From an uncultured bacterium (lineage in GTDB: Bacteria; Hydrogenedentota; Hydrogenedentia; Hydrogenedentales; JAEUWI01), in contig CAXBPH010000097.1 in assembly GCA_963977445.1 (NCBI GenBank), positions 1 to 22,424 of the forward strand: 22,424 nucleotides of DNA. Reading direction: 5' to 3'. A program made the position numbers and the translations under genes. The notes beneath the pieces were generated by a model. It was not told the DNA's origin. It saw only the letters and a list, made by a program, of their open reading frames with translations, and ran no database searches. Below are positions 1 through 10,615 of the stretch, one piece after another. The number at the start of each line of letters is the position of its first letter. Within the stretch, counting starts at the first letter, position 1.

Positions 1-210
1 CAAGTGAACGGGATCGAGAAAGTTCGGACCTCCGGGAGCACCCAGGAAGCGAACGGAGTAGGTCAGGGGATCCAGTTCGATGCGAAAGAAGGCATTTTCC
101 ATTGTAAGACCCGAGGCGGCGCAGGGAAGCCCCAGGACCAAAACTATCCCTGCGATGAGTCGTATACCCACGTTGCGCTTCCTGTCAGTGTTGATAGGAT
201 CATTAGCCAT
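1..210 (-). CDS. 5' part of a putative exported protein, truncated by the window edge
   Basis: Not in the ORF track. Manual minus-strand translation from ATG 210 gives MANDPINTDRKRNVGIRLIAGIVLVLGLPCAASGLTMENAFFRIELDPLTYSVRFLGAPGGPNFLDPVHL..., open to position 1. AGAGGAG SD upstream; basic n-region plus hydrophobic stretch resembles a signal peptide. Confidence 0.7.
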   Translation of the reverse strand, partial: MANDPINTDRKRNVGIRLIAGIVLVLGLPCAASGLTMENAFFRIELDPLTYSVRFLGAPGGPNFLDPVHL

Positions 211-273
211 ACTCTCCTCTATTTTACGCTGCTTTGGTGATGGTAACAAGGGAAATGTACAGCACGACAAGGG

Positions 274-302
274 TTGCAATAGGCAGATGCGCGTGCTAGC
301 AT
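274..302 (+). promoter_or_regulatory. candidate sigma70 promoter for the cysK-metY-metXW cluster
   Basis: TTGCAA (274-279), 17-nt spacer, TAGCAT (297-302), in the divergent intergenic region. Confidence 0.45.
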
Positions 303-451
303 GACACGCAAAATCGGGTTAGTGTATTTACAATGAATATATTAGTAGATACGGCCCTGCGGCAATTGATGGATTTTCGTACCCGCGCCTGGGTTGTGCG
401 TATGTTTGCATCCCGGCCTGTGCCACTCAACGGAGAAGAGGAAAAGAGATT

Positions 452-1384
452 ATGCCAATCTACGAAGACAATAGCCGGAGTATTGGTAATACCCCGCTAG
501 TCAAGTTACATAAATTGGCCGCAGGCCTGAAAACGGACAAAGTATATGCAAAGATCGAAGGGCGAAACCCTGCCTATTCGGTAAAGTGTCGCATCGGCGC
601 CGCGATGATCTGGGACGCCGAGGAGCGCGGAATCCTCCAGCCGGGCGGAACCATCGTGGAGCCCACCTCGGGCAATACCGGTATCGCTCTGGCCTTCGTC
701 GCCGCAGCGCGGGGATATAAGTTGATCCTGACCATGCCGGAAACCATGAGCCTGGAACGGCGCAGCATGTTGAAGGCCTTCGGTGCCGATGTCGTGCTGA
801 CGCCCGGCGACAAGGGTATGCCCGGTGCCATTGCGGAAGCAGAGAAAATCGCGGCGGAAAACCCAGAGTACTTTCTGCCCCAACAGTTCACGAACCCGGC
901 CAATCCGGCCATACACCAGAAAACGACCGGTCCGGAAATCTGGAATGACACCGAAGGCGAAATCGACGTATTCGTGGCCGGCGTCGGCACGGGGGGCACG
1001 ATTACCGGGGTCTCCCGTTATATCAAACAAGACAAAGGCAAGGCGATTGAGACCGTGGCTGTAGAGCCCGAAAACTCGCCCGTCATGGGTGGCGGCGCTC
1101 CCGGCAAGCACAAGGTCCAAGGTATCGGCGCGGGCTTCATACCCAAAAATATGGATATGAGTATTGTCGACAAAATTGAAACAATCAGTGACGACGAAGC
1201 ATTCACCACGGCACGTCGCCTGGCACAGGAAGAAGGCATAATCTGCGGCATCAGCTGTGGTGCCGCTGCAGCAGTGGCCCTGCGCCTCGCCGCCCAGGAT
1301 GCTTACGCCGGTAAAACCATAGTGGTAATACTTCCAGACTCGGGTGAGCGTTATCTCTCCACCCCGCTCTTCCAGGAAGGCTGA
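452..1384 (+). CDS. cysK: cysteine synthase A (O-acetylserine sulfhydrylase)
   Basis: IGNTPLV, PLP-lysine motif [49 protein letters not shown]; 310 aa. Confidence 0.96.
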   Translation: MPIYEDNSRSIGNTPLVKLHKLAAGLKTDKVYAKIEGRNPAYSVKCRIGAAMIWDAEERGILQPGGTIVEPTSGNTGIALAFVAAARGYKLILTMPETMSLERRSMLKAFGADVVLTPGDKGMPGAIAEAEKIAAENPEYFLPQQFTNPANPAIHQKTTGPEIWNDTEGEIDVFVAGVGTGGTITGVSRYIKQDKGKAIETVAVEPENSPVMGGGAPGKHKVQGIGAGFIPKNMDMSIVDKIETISDDEAFTTARRLAQEEGIICGISCGAAAAVALRLAAQDAYAGKTIVVILPDSGERYLSTPLFQEG

Positions 1385-1406
1385 TTACGCATTACGTAGG
1401 GATTTC

Positions 1407-1445
1407 AACCGGGCGAGGGTGTACGCACATCGCCCGGTTCTCTTT
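1407..1445 (+). terminator. GC-rich hairpin after cysK, possible weak intrinsic terminator
   Basis: AACCGGGCGA (1407-1416) pairs with TCGCCCGGTT (1430-1439); inner GTG-TACG-CAC; followed by CTCTTT. Confidence 0.5.
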
Positions 1446-1499
1446 ACCATAGGCCGACACAGACCCAACGAAGACGTTGCCATCGACGTCCCAACCTGA

Positions 1500-2807
<1,308 letters not shown>

Positions 2808-2817
2808 AGTTCGGTAA

Positions 2818-2941
2818 CACGGCCCCCAATCCAATCACCGGTATGGGGCGACACGGGCCGTGGTAGCAACCTATATTTAGAGGAATGGCCGGGCGGCTCT
2901 CTGACCGCCCGGTTTCCCTATAACGCCCGTAGTTTCGGGTG
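2818..2941 (+). promoter_or_regulatory. structured spacer between metY and metX (three tandem hairpins)
   Basis: CACGGCCC 2818-2825 with GGGCCGTG 2855-2862; GGCCGGGCGG 2887-2896 with CCGCCCGGTT 2905-2914; CGCCCG 2924-2929 with CGGGTG 2936-2941, just before the GAGGA SD. Confidence 0.4.
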
Positions 2942-2960
2942 GCACAGAGGATTTTTATCA

Positions 2961-4766
2961 ATGGCAGATGATGGTTCAGTCGGCATAATCACGCCGCAGC
3001 ACTACACCTTCGCTGAACCACCCCATGAGTTGGAGCTCGAGAGTGGATCCCGGTTGGGGCCCGTTACCCTCGCCTATGAAACCTATGGCGCGCTGGATGA
3101 TTCAAAGTCGAATGCAATTTTGATTACCCACGCCCTCTCTGGCGATGCACATGTGGCCGGAAAACATCAGCCCGACGACCCGAAGCCCGGCTGGTGGGAC
3201 ACCATGGTCGGCCCGGGAAAAGCCTTTGACACGGACCGCTATTTCATCATATGCTCCAACGTCCTGGGCGGTTGCATGGGCTCCACGGGCCCTTCGTCTA
3301 CGAACCCAACCACGGGCGAACCCTATGGCCTGGAATTTCCGGTAATTACCGTCGGGGACATGGTCCTGGCCCAACGTCACCTCATTGACCACCTCGGCAT
3401 CCGCCAGCTCCTCGCCGTTGCGGGGGGATCCATGGGGGGAATGCAGACCTTGGAGTGGGTCACCCGCTACCCCGACCAGGTTGGCTCGGCCATGATCATC
3501 GCCTCGACCCACACCAGTGGTGCCCAGCAAATAGCCTTTGATGCCGTGGGCCGCCATGCCATTCAGGGCGATCGCGATTTTCAGAACGGCCGCTACTATG
3601 GCAGCGAAGGCCCCACACAAGGGCTGGGCATTGCCCGTATGCTGGCCCACATCACCTATTTATCCGACGAGTCCATGCGCCTGAAGTTTGGTCGAAATCT
3701 GCGCAGCGCCGACCAACTTAAATATGATTTTGACAGTGAATTCGCCGTGGAAACCTACCTGGACTACCAGGGCGAACAGTTTGTGAATCGTTTCGATGCC
3801 AATACCTATCTCTATGTCACGAAGGCCATGGATTACTTTGATATTGGCTCAAAATTTGGCTCGCTCGACGATGCCATGAAAGTGGTCGCCAGCAAAATCC
3901 TGGTGATTTCCTTCTCCTCCGACTGGCTCTATCCAACCTATTTCTCCCAGGACATCGTCTATGCCCTCGCCCGGCAGCGCAAAAACGTGACCTACTGCAA
4001 CATTCAATCCGACTATGGACATGACGCCTTCCTCCTGGAAGTCAGTACACTGTCCAAAGTAATCGGCGGTTTCCTGGACCATATGCGAAACCCCGAGTTG
4101 GTGCGCACCCTCACCCTGAAGGCCGATTCAGAAGCCGATGTCCCGCCCCCTTCCGCTGCCTCGGAGAATATCTATCAAGGGCACCGTGTCGACTACGATA
4201 TGATTGTTAATCTCGTGGAAGAAAACAGCCGGGTACTGGATATTGGTTGCGGCGACGGGGAACTACTGGGCCGCCTCCTTGCCAACAAGAATGTGCAGGG
4301 TGTGGGCCTGGAAGTCTCCCAGGGGAGTGTGGTGAGCTGTATTCGACGGGGTATATCGGTCATTCAAGCCGATATCGACAAGGGGCTCAACGCCCTGCCC
4401 GATCAGAGTTTTGACTACGTCATCTTGAGCATGACGCTACAGGTCATCAAAAAGCCGGATCTCGCCCTGCGGGAAATGCTGCGGGTCGGCAAGAAATGCA
4501 TCGTGAGCTTTCCCAACTTTGGTCACTGGCGGGTACGCTGGATGACCTTCTTTGAAGGCCGGGCTCCGGTGACGCGCAACCTGCCCTATGCCTGGTATCA
4601 GACGCCCAATCGCCATGTCCTTGCCATAGACGATTTCCGTAAGCTGTGCAAAGATCTGGATGCCCATATCGAACGGGAAATCCCCCTCTACGTGGGAGGG
4701 GAAGCCCGATTCTGGCCCAATCTCTTCGCGGAAGAGGCGCTGTACGTAATTTCGTCCGGCGACTGA
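2961..4766 (+). CDS. metX: homoserine O-acyltransferase MetX fused to a C-terminal MetW (SAM-binding, methyltransferase-like) domain
   Basis: N-terminal ~375 aa: THALSG, GWWD, NVLGGCMGSTGP, nucleophile GGSMGG, RFDANTY, SDWLYP, GHDAFL. C-terminal ~195 aa: RVLDIGCGDG, FDYVILSMTLQ, IVSFPNFGHW, LPYAWYQTPN, typical of MetW. Confidence 0.92.
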   Translation: MADDGSVGIITPQHYTFAEPPHELELESGSRLGPVTLAYETYGALDDSKSNAILITHALSGDAHVAGKHQPDDPKPGWWDTMVGPGKAFDTDRYFIICSNVLGGCMGSTGPSSTNPTTGEPYGLEFPVITVGDMVLAQRHLIDHLGIRQLLAVAGGSMGGMQTLEWVTRYPDQVGSAMIIASTHTSGAQQIAFDAVGRHAIQGDRDFQNGRYYGSEGPTQGLGIARMLAHITYLSDESMRLKFGRNLRSADQLKYDFDSEFAVETYLDYQGEQFVNRFDANTYLYVTKAMDYFDIGSKFGSLDDAMKVVASKILVISFSSDWLYPTYFSQDIVYALARQRKNVTYCNIQSDYGHDAFLLEVSTLSKVIGGFLDHMRNPELVRTLTLKADSEADVPPPSAASENIYQGHRVDYDMIVNLVEENSRVLDIGCGDGELLGRLLANKNVQGVGLEVSQGSVVSCIRRGISVIQADIDKGLNALPDQSFDYVILSMTLQVIKKPDLALREMLRVGKKCIVSFPNFGHWRVRWMTFFEGRAPVTRNLPYAWYQTPNRHVLAIDDFRKLCKDLDAHIEREIPLYVGGEARFWPNLFAEEALYVISSGD

Positions 4767-4787
4767 CGAGGGAAGACCCGACAACCC

Positions 4788-6710
4788 CTAACGTCGGGCT
4801 TCCAGTTCCTCCCAGCGGGCGAATAGCGTCTCGACCTGCTCCTGCGCACCCTTCAGGGCATTCAGGGCGGCCTGGACCGTTTCATGGTCGTTCTCGTAGA
4901 ACGCCGGGTCCTGGATGGACACCTCTAAACGGGTCACCTCGGCCTCGGCCGTGGCGATAACCCCTTCGATGCCCCCGAGCTCCCGCTTTTCGTTGTAGCT
5001 GAGCCGATTGGTCGACGCCTTATCTCCGCCACTCGCAGCCTCGACGCGGGCCTTTTCTTTGCTTGCGGACTTTTCGTCGGCCGCGACGCGCTGGCGATAG
5101 AGAAGATAGTCATCATAATTACCCACGATGAGCGTAATCCGCGCGTCGGGCTCAAAGACGAGCATGTGGGTGCACACGCGATTGAGGAAATACCGATCGT
5201 GACTGACGATCATGGCGCAACCCGCAAAATTGTCGATGGTCTCTTCCAACACCCGGAGCGTATAGAGGTCCAAGTCGTTGGTCGGCTCATCCAGAATCAG
5301 GAAATTTCCGCCGTGAAGAAGCTTCTTCACCATGTCGAGGCGATTGAACTCCCCACCGGAAAGTTGTCCAATGGGCATTTCAAGGGCATTGGAATCGAAA
5401 AGGAAATTTCCCAGGTAGGCCGGCAAGAAAACGCGACGCTTGCCTACATCCCAGAAGCGGGCACCCTCGGAAACGTGCTCCAGGATACCTTTGCTGCGAT
5501 CCACATCTTCGTGATTCTGGTCAATATACAAAAACTTGGTATTTTCCCCAATGACCACCTTGCCCTTTTGGGGCCGCCCTTGCCCCATGAGCACCTTAAG
5601 CAGGGTCGTCTTGCCCGCACCATTGGGGCCGACAATCCCCACGCGCATTTCGGCTTGCATAGTGAGCGAAAAGTTTTTTATTAAGGTGCGATCGCCGATG
5701 GAATAGGAGATATCTCGCGCCTCGAGGATCGTTTTTCCCAGACGCTCAGGCTCGGGAATCTCGAATACAAATTCACGGTGCTTAAGGGGTGGCCCTTCGG
5801 CCTGCGTATCTTTTAAACGGTCAATACGGGCTTTTTGCTTCGTACTGCGGGCCTTGGCCCCCCGCTTATACCACGCCAGCTCCCGTCGAATAAGGGAAAT
5901 TCGATTGGACTCGGTACGATCTTCACTCTCCTCCACCTGGCACTTATATTCGAGAAAGCGCCCATAGGTCCCGGGAAAGGAATAGAGCTTATTAAACTCG
6001 ATCTCCACGATACGGTTCACGATACGATCGAGGAAGAACCGATCGTGGGTCACCAGGACGCAACTGCCTTCGTATTGCTCAAGAAAGCGCTCTATCCACT
6101 CCACACTTCGGGTGTCGATGTGGTTGGTGGGCTCATCGAGAATCAGGACATCGGGACGATGGAGTAGTTTGTGGGCGAGATCGACGCGACGTAACTCACC
6201 GCCGGAAAGGGAACCCAGGGCGCGATCCCCATCCACCAAATCAAGCGCCAGCTGGATGCGCTTAATCTCCTGGTCCAGTCCCCAACCGTTGGTCAGATCA
6301 ATCGTATGCTGCAATTCATGAACCGCATCCGCCAAGCTATCATGCAAGGGGTCCCCTTCGGGATGACTGGCTAGCGCCTCCAGTTTCGCATGGTACTCAT
6401 CCACCTGAGCCTGTCGCCCTTCCACCGCCGACGCCAACGCTTCCGTCACCGTCCACGCTTCCGGCAAGGGACACTGCTGCTGCAACAAGGCTACTTCGAC
6501 GCCCTGACGGGCCACTACAGAGCCTTCGTCGGGGTTTACGAGTCCCGCCATGATCTTCAGGAGGGTGGACTTACCGCAGCCGTTGCGACCAATAAGGCCG
6601 ATTCGATCACCGTCGTGGACGGTAACGGAAATATTCTGCAAGACCGGCTGGGAACCGTAACTGTGAGAAATCTCTTGCGCACTGAGGACTGCTTTCGGGA
6701 ACTGGGACAT
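4788..6710 (-). CDS. uup: ABC-F family ATPase, Uup-like
   Basis: Two ABC domains (GRNGCGKS/LSGGE/DEPTNH and GPNGAGKT/LSGGE/DEPTND), linker GAKARSTKQKARI, C-terminal RLSYNEKREL...LFARWEELE; no TM segments. Confidence 0.88.
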   Translation of the reverse strand: MSQFPKAVLSAQEISHSYGSQPVLQNISVTVHDGDRIGLIGRNGCGKSTLLKIMAGLVNPDEGSVVARQGVEVALLQQQCPLPEAWTVTEALASAVEGRQAQVDEYHAKLEALASHPEGDPLHDSLADAVHELQHTIDLTNGWGLDQEIKRIQLALDLVDGDRALGSLSGGELRRVDLAHKLLHRPDVLILDEPTNHIDTRSVEWIERFLEQYEGSCVLVTHDRFFLDRIVNRIVEIEFNKLYSFPGTYGRFLEYKCQVEESEDRTESNRISLIRRELAWYKRGAKARSTKQKARIDRLKDTQAEGPPLKHREFVFEIPEPERLGKTILEARDISYSIGDRTLIKNFSLTMQAEMRVGIVGPNGAGKTTLLKVLMGQGRPQKGKVVIGENTKFLYIDQNHEDVDRSKGILEHVSEGARFWDVGKRRVFLPAYLGNFLFDSNALEMPIGQLSGGEFNRLDMVKKLLHGGNFLILDEPTNDLDLYTLRVLEETIDNFAGCAMIVSHDRYFLNRVCTHMLVFEPDARITLIVGNYDDYLLYRQRVAADEKSASKEKARVEAASGGDKASTNRLSYNEKRELGGIEGVIATAEAEVTRLEVSIQDPAFYENDHETVQAALNALKGAQEQVETLFARWEELEARR

Positions 6711-6837
6711 GGGGTACTACTCTCTTAGGCTATTTGGGGAAACGGGGTAACCTACGCTGTCTGGATGCCCCAATGCAATGAGCAATTCGGCCCATGGGGC
6801 CGTCAAGACGCTTACCACCGGACCCTATTCTATCAAA

Positions 6838-7539
6838 TCAGGGTTGCTCCAACACCCATTCGCCAATTCGACCAACGATTTCGGTTGGCATTTCGTGGCC
6901 GCCCTCGAAAAAACAGGTTTTCAGGTCACCCGTCTGCGCACCGAGAATACCCTGTGCCTCAAAGGCTTTCGCTATGGGTACGATGCCGTCTTCCAGACCA
7001 TGAACCAGCAGGGTGTTGACGGACGACATTGATTCCATAGGCGTTCGCACATCAACCGGCAGGTCTCCCCCACACGCTATATAACCACGGACAGGTCGGC
7101 CACCCAGAACCCCGTATCGGTAGGCAATGGATACGCCTTGGCTGAAACCGAGCATAAACGGTGCACCGGCGATGTTATATTCCTCACAAACCCGACCGAG
7201 CACGCCGTCCAGCAACCCGTAGATTCCCGTCATCGCCCGGTTGCGGTCGTATACCGTCAGCCAGGAGAATCCGACTTTACGGGTCTCTAAATCCAGGTAG
7301 AACTGATGGGGGGCCTGGGGGGCCACGACCAGAATATTCTCCGTCTTAAGAACGGAAAATCTGCGTAGAAAGGAGCGACTGTTCTGCCCCCAACCATGAA
7401 GCGCACAGAGAATACGGGTACCGCCATCCACCCCGCGTTCCGGAGCTTGGACTGCATAGTACCCGGTCGTCTCTACGGACAGACTTGAGACCCCATCCGG
7501 GGAATCCCATTCTGGCACATTGGTTGTAATCAGGTCCAT
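6838..7539 (-). CDS. alpha/beta-hydrolase, phospholipase/carboxylesterase family
   Basis: LHGWG, nucleophile GFSQG, HGLEDGIVP (Asp), GGHE (His). Start reassigned to ATG 7539 (GGAAGGAG SD) because the longer ORF from 7770 overlaps pilQ and its terminator. Confidence 0.85.
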   Translation of the reverse strand: MDLITTNVPEWDSPDGVSSLSVETTGYYAVQAPERGVDGGTRILCALHGWGQNSRSFLRRFSVLKTENILVVAPQAPHQFYLDLETRKVGFSWLTVYDRNRAMTGIYGLLDGVLGRVCEEYNIAGAPFMLGFSQGVSIAYRYGVLGGRPVRGYIACGGDLPVDVRTPMESMSSVNTLLVHGLEDGIVPIAKAFEAQGILGAQTGDLKTCFFEGGHEMPTEIVGRIGEWVLEQP

Positions 7540-7553
7540 CTGGAGCTCCTTCC

Positions 7554-7585
7554 AAAAAAAAGCCGCCCGATGTATCGGGCGGCTT
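7554..7585 (-). terminator. intrinsic terminator of the pilMNOPQ operon
   Basis: Minus strand AAGCCGCCCGA-TACA-TCGGGCGGCTT running into an 8-T tract, ~20 nt after the pilQ stop. Confidence 0.88.
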
Positions 7586-7603
7586 ACTGGTTTAACTAGA
7601 GTC

Positions 7604-10081
7604 CTACTCAGCTTTTTTACTCTTCCGCCATTTCCAGGCCGGGTCGCGCATTTCACCGGGATAGACCGTGTCATTGATAAGGGCCGTTTCCGCGTTGACT
7701 TCAATTCGGGCTTCACGGACCTGATTGGCACGTTCTTCCTGATACTCGGTAAGGCTTGGATTCTCTTCAAGAACGGTACACGTCAGAAAAATGAGCAGTT
7801 CGTTAACCGTTTCACTCCGCTGATTGGAACGGAACAGGAAGTTAACCACAGGCACGTCACCCAAGAGGGGCACTTTGCGAACACTGACCGTGTCATTGTT
7901 CTTGCGCAACCCACCTACATAGATGGTCTGGCCACTGGCAATGTGGGGCGTCGTATTGATTTCACGCTTGTCTTCTACCGGGACACCGTTTACTGCCTGG
8001 CTCGAGGTGCTTTCCTTGGCCAGAATCTTCGCGATAATGTGGTTATCATGGGTCACCGTCGGCGTCACGGTCAATTCCGTACCAATCGGCTTGAACTTAG
8101 TGCTGGTCTGCTGACCACCTCGGTCCGTCTGCGTCAATTCGACGTAGGGAATTTCAGAAGCAATGGTAATCGTCGCAGGCTGATTCTCAACCGTAATTAA
8201 TTTGGGATTGGACAACAGGGTCGAGTTGTTGTTTCTGACTTCCGCCTGAATCACGCCGCGCCAGTCCACATCTCCCGAAAGAATGCCGAAGTTCAACAGG
8301 CCAGCCGCGTCGCCAATACTGAGATTGGAATTGAGGCTGAGCTCCTGAAGGTTGCCGGTAAAAATTCCCGTATTACCCGCCGCGTCGCGACGACTCTGAC
8401 TCTGCACTGCGCTGATTAACCAGTCCACACCCGTGTCTGCAGCATCGGTCAACGTGACATCAACGATCATGGCGTCAATCGCTACCTGCTTGACCGGAAT
8501 ATCCAGCTGCTCCACAAGGGCGGTAATCTGCTCGATAATGATGGGAATGTCGGTCACGACCAGAATGCGTGCACGTTCATCTACCGTAACCGTGCCGACA
8601 TCTTTGGTCAGGATACTCTCAACAACCAGAACTATATCCTTTGGATCAGCGTAGTTCAGCTTGATGGGCATCGTAACCGTCGGTAAGACCATTTGCTCCA
8701 CATCGAGGCGCTTGGCCATCTGCAGCAAGGAGCCGATATGATCGGTCGGTCCGGAAACGATTACCGTATTGGCCGTCTTGTTGGCAGAGATGCTGATGAG
8801 GCTTTCAAATTCAGAACCAGCGACAACATCCTTCAAGGTGGATGCAATCTCTTCCGCATCCGCATTCTCGATTTCCACTACATCGGTTACTCGATCCGCC
8901 GCAATGGCGTCCAGATAAGGAACGATGTGATAGATTCCCTCTTTTTCGATGAGGCCCAGACCATTGAGGCTCAAGACAGTTTCCATCGCCTTCAGAAGCG
9001 GAACGTCTTTCAGGTAGATTTCTACCTCATCGCCCAGGTCTTTGTTGGCAACAATATTGATACCGGCTTTTGTCGCAAGGAGCGCGACCACAAAACGTGG
9101 ATCGGCTTTGCGGAGGTCCAGCGTTACGGGCTGCTTCAGGGGGTCACCTTTCCATTCTTTACGAACGATGACCTCTTCCGAAACCTCGCTCAGCGGCGGC
9201 GCGGCAGCAGCGATCATTTCTTTTGCCAATGCCTTATTGGCTTCCGTACCAATCAAGGGGGCCTTGAGCTCCCGTGGTGCCGGTGGCGTAACAGGCTCAG
9301 CCACTTCCGTGGCCGGTGCCGCTTCTTCCACGGCGGGTGCTTCCTGCGCGGGTTCTTCGGCAGGTGCCTGCTCTTCCTGAGCAGCCAGCATAGCCGCATC
9401 GTATACCCGTGCGTGGGTATCCGCGTTCCGCACGGAGCGCAACATTTCTTTCATCTCGCCCTTAGCGGAATCACCCCACCAGGCGTCTTTATCTTTTTCA
9501 TTGTCGGCTGCAGACAGGGCAAGCAACTGGGACTTCAACGCCTGTGTGTCGGCTGCGTTCTTTGTAGGAACAACCGGATAGGGCGTTGCGATGAGATTGA
9601 TATCGAAACGTAGTCCATCTTTTTGAAGCACGACGGACGTCCCGCCTTCATTCTCTACCGTATCAACCGATACGCCAGCGACCAGATCGAGTTCAATCCG
9701 GGCTTCCGACTCATGACCCCAGTTCGATTCCATAAAGGTAATTGAATTGAGAAGTGCATGGTTTATCGTAATCACACCGGCCAGATCGGCGGGTATGCGA
9801 CTGTTTATCAAAAGGAGACGGCAGGTACTCGCTTCGGATTTCTCAGCAACCAGTATTCCGCGCAGGGCCTCGATATGGAGATCAATCTGATTCTCACCCG
9901 CCGTCGGCGCATCGATACGATGCAATGTCGCGCACCGTTCTGTATCCGTGCTTGAAAGACCTGCCGCAATAGGTTCCGTATTGCCTTCCGCTACTGCGGT
10001 GCCGAAACGGAGCGTCGGCGCCATACTGAGAAGCACTGTCAGAACGACAAAAACTCCAGCATTCCATCGCTTCCTGGTCAT
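7604..10081 (-). CDS. pilQ: type IV pilus secretin PilQ-like
   Basis: Signal peptide, Ala/Glu/Pro linker, N0-like region (PVTLDLRKAD...KAGINIV), N domains (IKLNYADP, VTVDERARILVVTD), secretin core (QVAIDAMIV, LSNPKLITVENQPATI, LTVTPTV, KVPLLGDVPVVNFLF, ELLIFLT); last gene after pilMNOP. Confidence 0.9.
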   Translation of the reverse strand: MTRKRWNAGVFVVLTVLLSMAPTLRFGTAVAEGNTEPIAAGLSSTDTERCATLHRIDAPTAGENQIDLHIEALRGILVAEKSEASTCRLLLINSRIPADLAGVITINHALLNSITFMESNWGHESEARIELDLVAGVSVDTVENEGGTSVVLQKDGLRFDINLIATPYPVVPTKNAADTQALKSQLLALSAADNEKDKDAWWGDSAKGEMKEMLRSVRNADTHARVYDAAMLAAQEEQAPAEEPAQEAPAVEEAAPATEVAEPVTPPAPRELKAPLIGTEANKALAKEMIAAAAPPLSEVSEEVIVRKEWKGDPLKQPVTLDLRKADPRFVVALLATKAGINIVANKDLGDEVEIYLKDVPLLKAMETVLSLNGLGLIEKEGIYHIVPYLDAIAADRVTDVVEIENADAEEIASTLKDVVAGSEFESLISISANKTANTVIVSGPTDHIGSLLQMAKRLDVEQMVLPTVTMPIKLNYADPKDIVLVVESILTKDVGTVTVDERARILVVTDIPIIIEQITALVEQLDIPVKQVAIDAMIVDVTLTDAADTGVDWLISAVQSQSRRDAAGNTGIFTGNLQELSLNSNLSIGDAAGLLNFGILSGDVDWRGVIQAEVRNNNSTLLSNPKLITVENQPATITIASEIPYVELTQTDRGGQQTSTKFKPIGTELTVTPTVTHDNHIIAKILAKESTSSQAVNGVPVEDKREINTTPHIASGQTIYVGGLRKNNDTVSVRKVPLLGDVPVVNFLFRSNQRSETVNELLIFLTCTVLEENPSLTEYQEERANQVREARIEVNAETALINDTVYPGEMRDPAWKWRKSKKAE

Positions 10082-10084
10082 AAT

Positions 10085-10615
10085 TTATAGCTCCTTCAGC
10101 TCTACGGGAATCGGTGACGAGTCACCCAGTTTGAACCAAACCCGTTTCGGCTCAATTTTGGTCAGTACAACACCATCCGCATACTGATGCCCTTCAGATA
10201 CGAGTTCATCATCAACAATAGCGGCAGGCTCGAATTCGCTGTATATAATTCCGGTCACTGTCTTTTGCGTGATGCTTGTTTCAGACGCAGGCAAGAACAG
10301 CGAGGGATTATTTACATCTATAATCCGCCCTACCAGTGGTGTCATCGGATTCCTGGGAATACGATGATCTTCGTAGCGGAATGTGAGAGGCTCTACCTTT
10401 TCAATCAGCTCTTCCAGATTTACGTCGGTCTTCTTCAACCGCGCATGGGGCTTCGCCGACGTATTGGCCGCCAGCTTGTCCGTTGTGGATGGTGCTGGTG
10501 CTTTGGGCACGGTGGCTGGGCCTGTGTTGAACACAAACTGATAGACGAGCACAAGGACCAGAACTACACCCAGGACCCCTGCGAATATAATCTGTTTTTT
10601 ATTTTCCTGGTTCAT
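10085..10615 (-). CDS. pilP: PilP-like pilus alignment protein with a TM anchor and no lipobox
   Basis: Lies between pilO and pilQ; RNPM.PL motif resembling PilP RDPF; C-terminal beta domain VTGIIYS..AAIVDDELVSEG..VLTKIEPKRV. Confidence 0.65.
   Translation of the reverse strand: MNQENKKQIIFAGVLGVVLVLVLVYQFVFNTGPATVPKAPAPSTTDKLAANTSAKPHARLKKTDVNLEELIEKVEPLTFRYEDHRIPRNPMTPLVGRIIDVNNPSLFLPASETSITQKTVTGIIYSEFEPAAIVDDELVSEGHQYADGVVLTKIEPKRVWFKLGDSSPIPVELKEL

Noticed and set aside
211..451. SAM or T-box riboswitch upstream of cysK
   Set aside because: No SAM-I core or T-box consensus recognisable by eye; a cmscan would be needed to exclude it.
7540..7770. N-terminal extension of the esterase ORF
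   Set aside because: Overlaps the pilQ 3' end and runs through its terminator; the SD supports ATG 7539.
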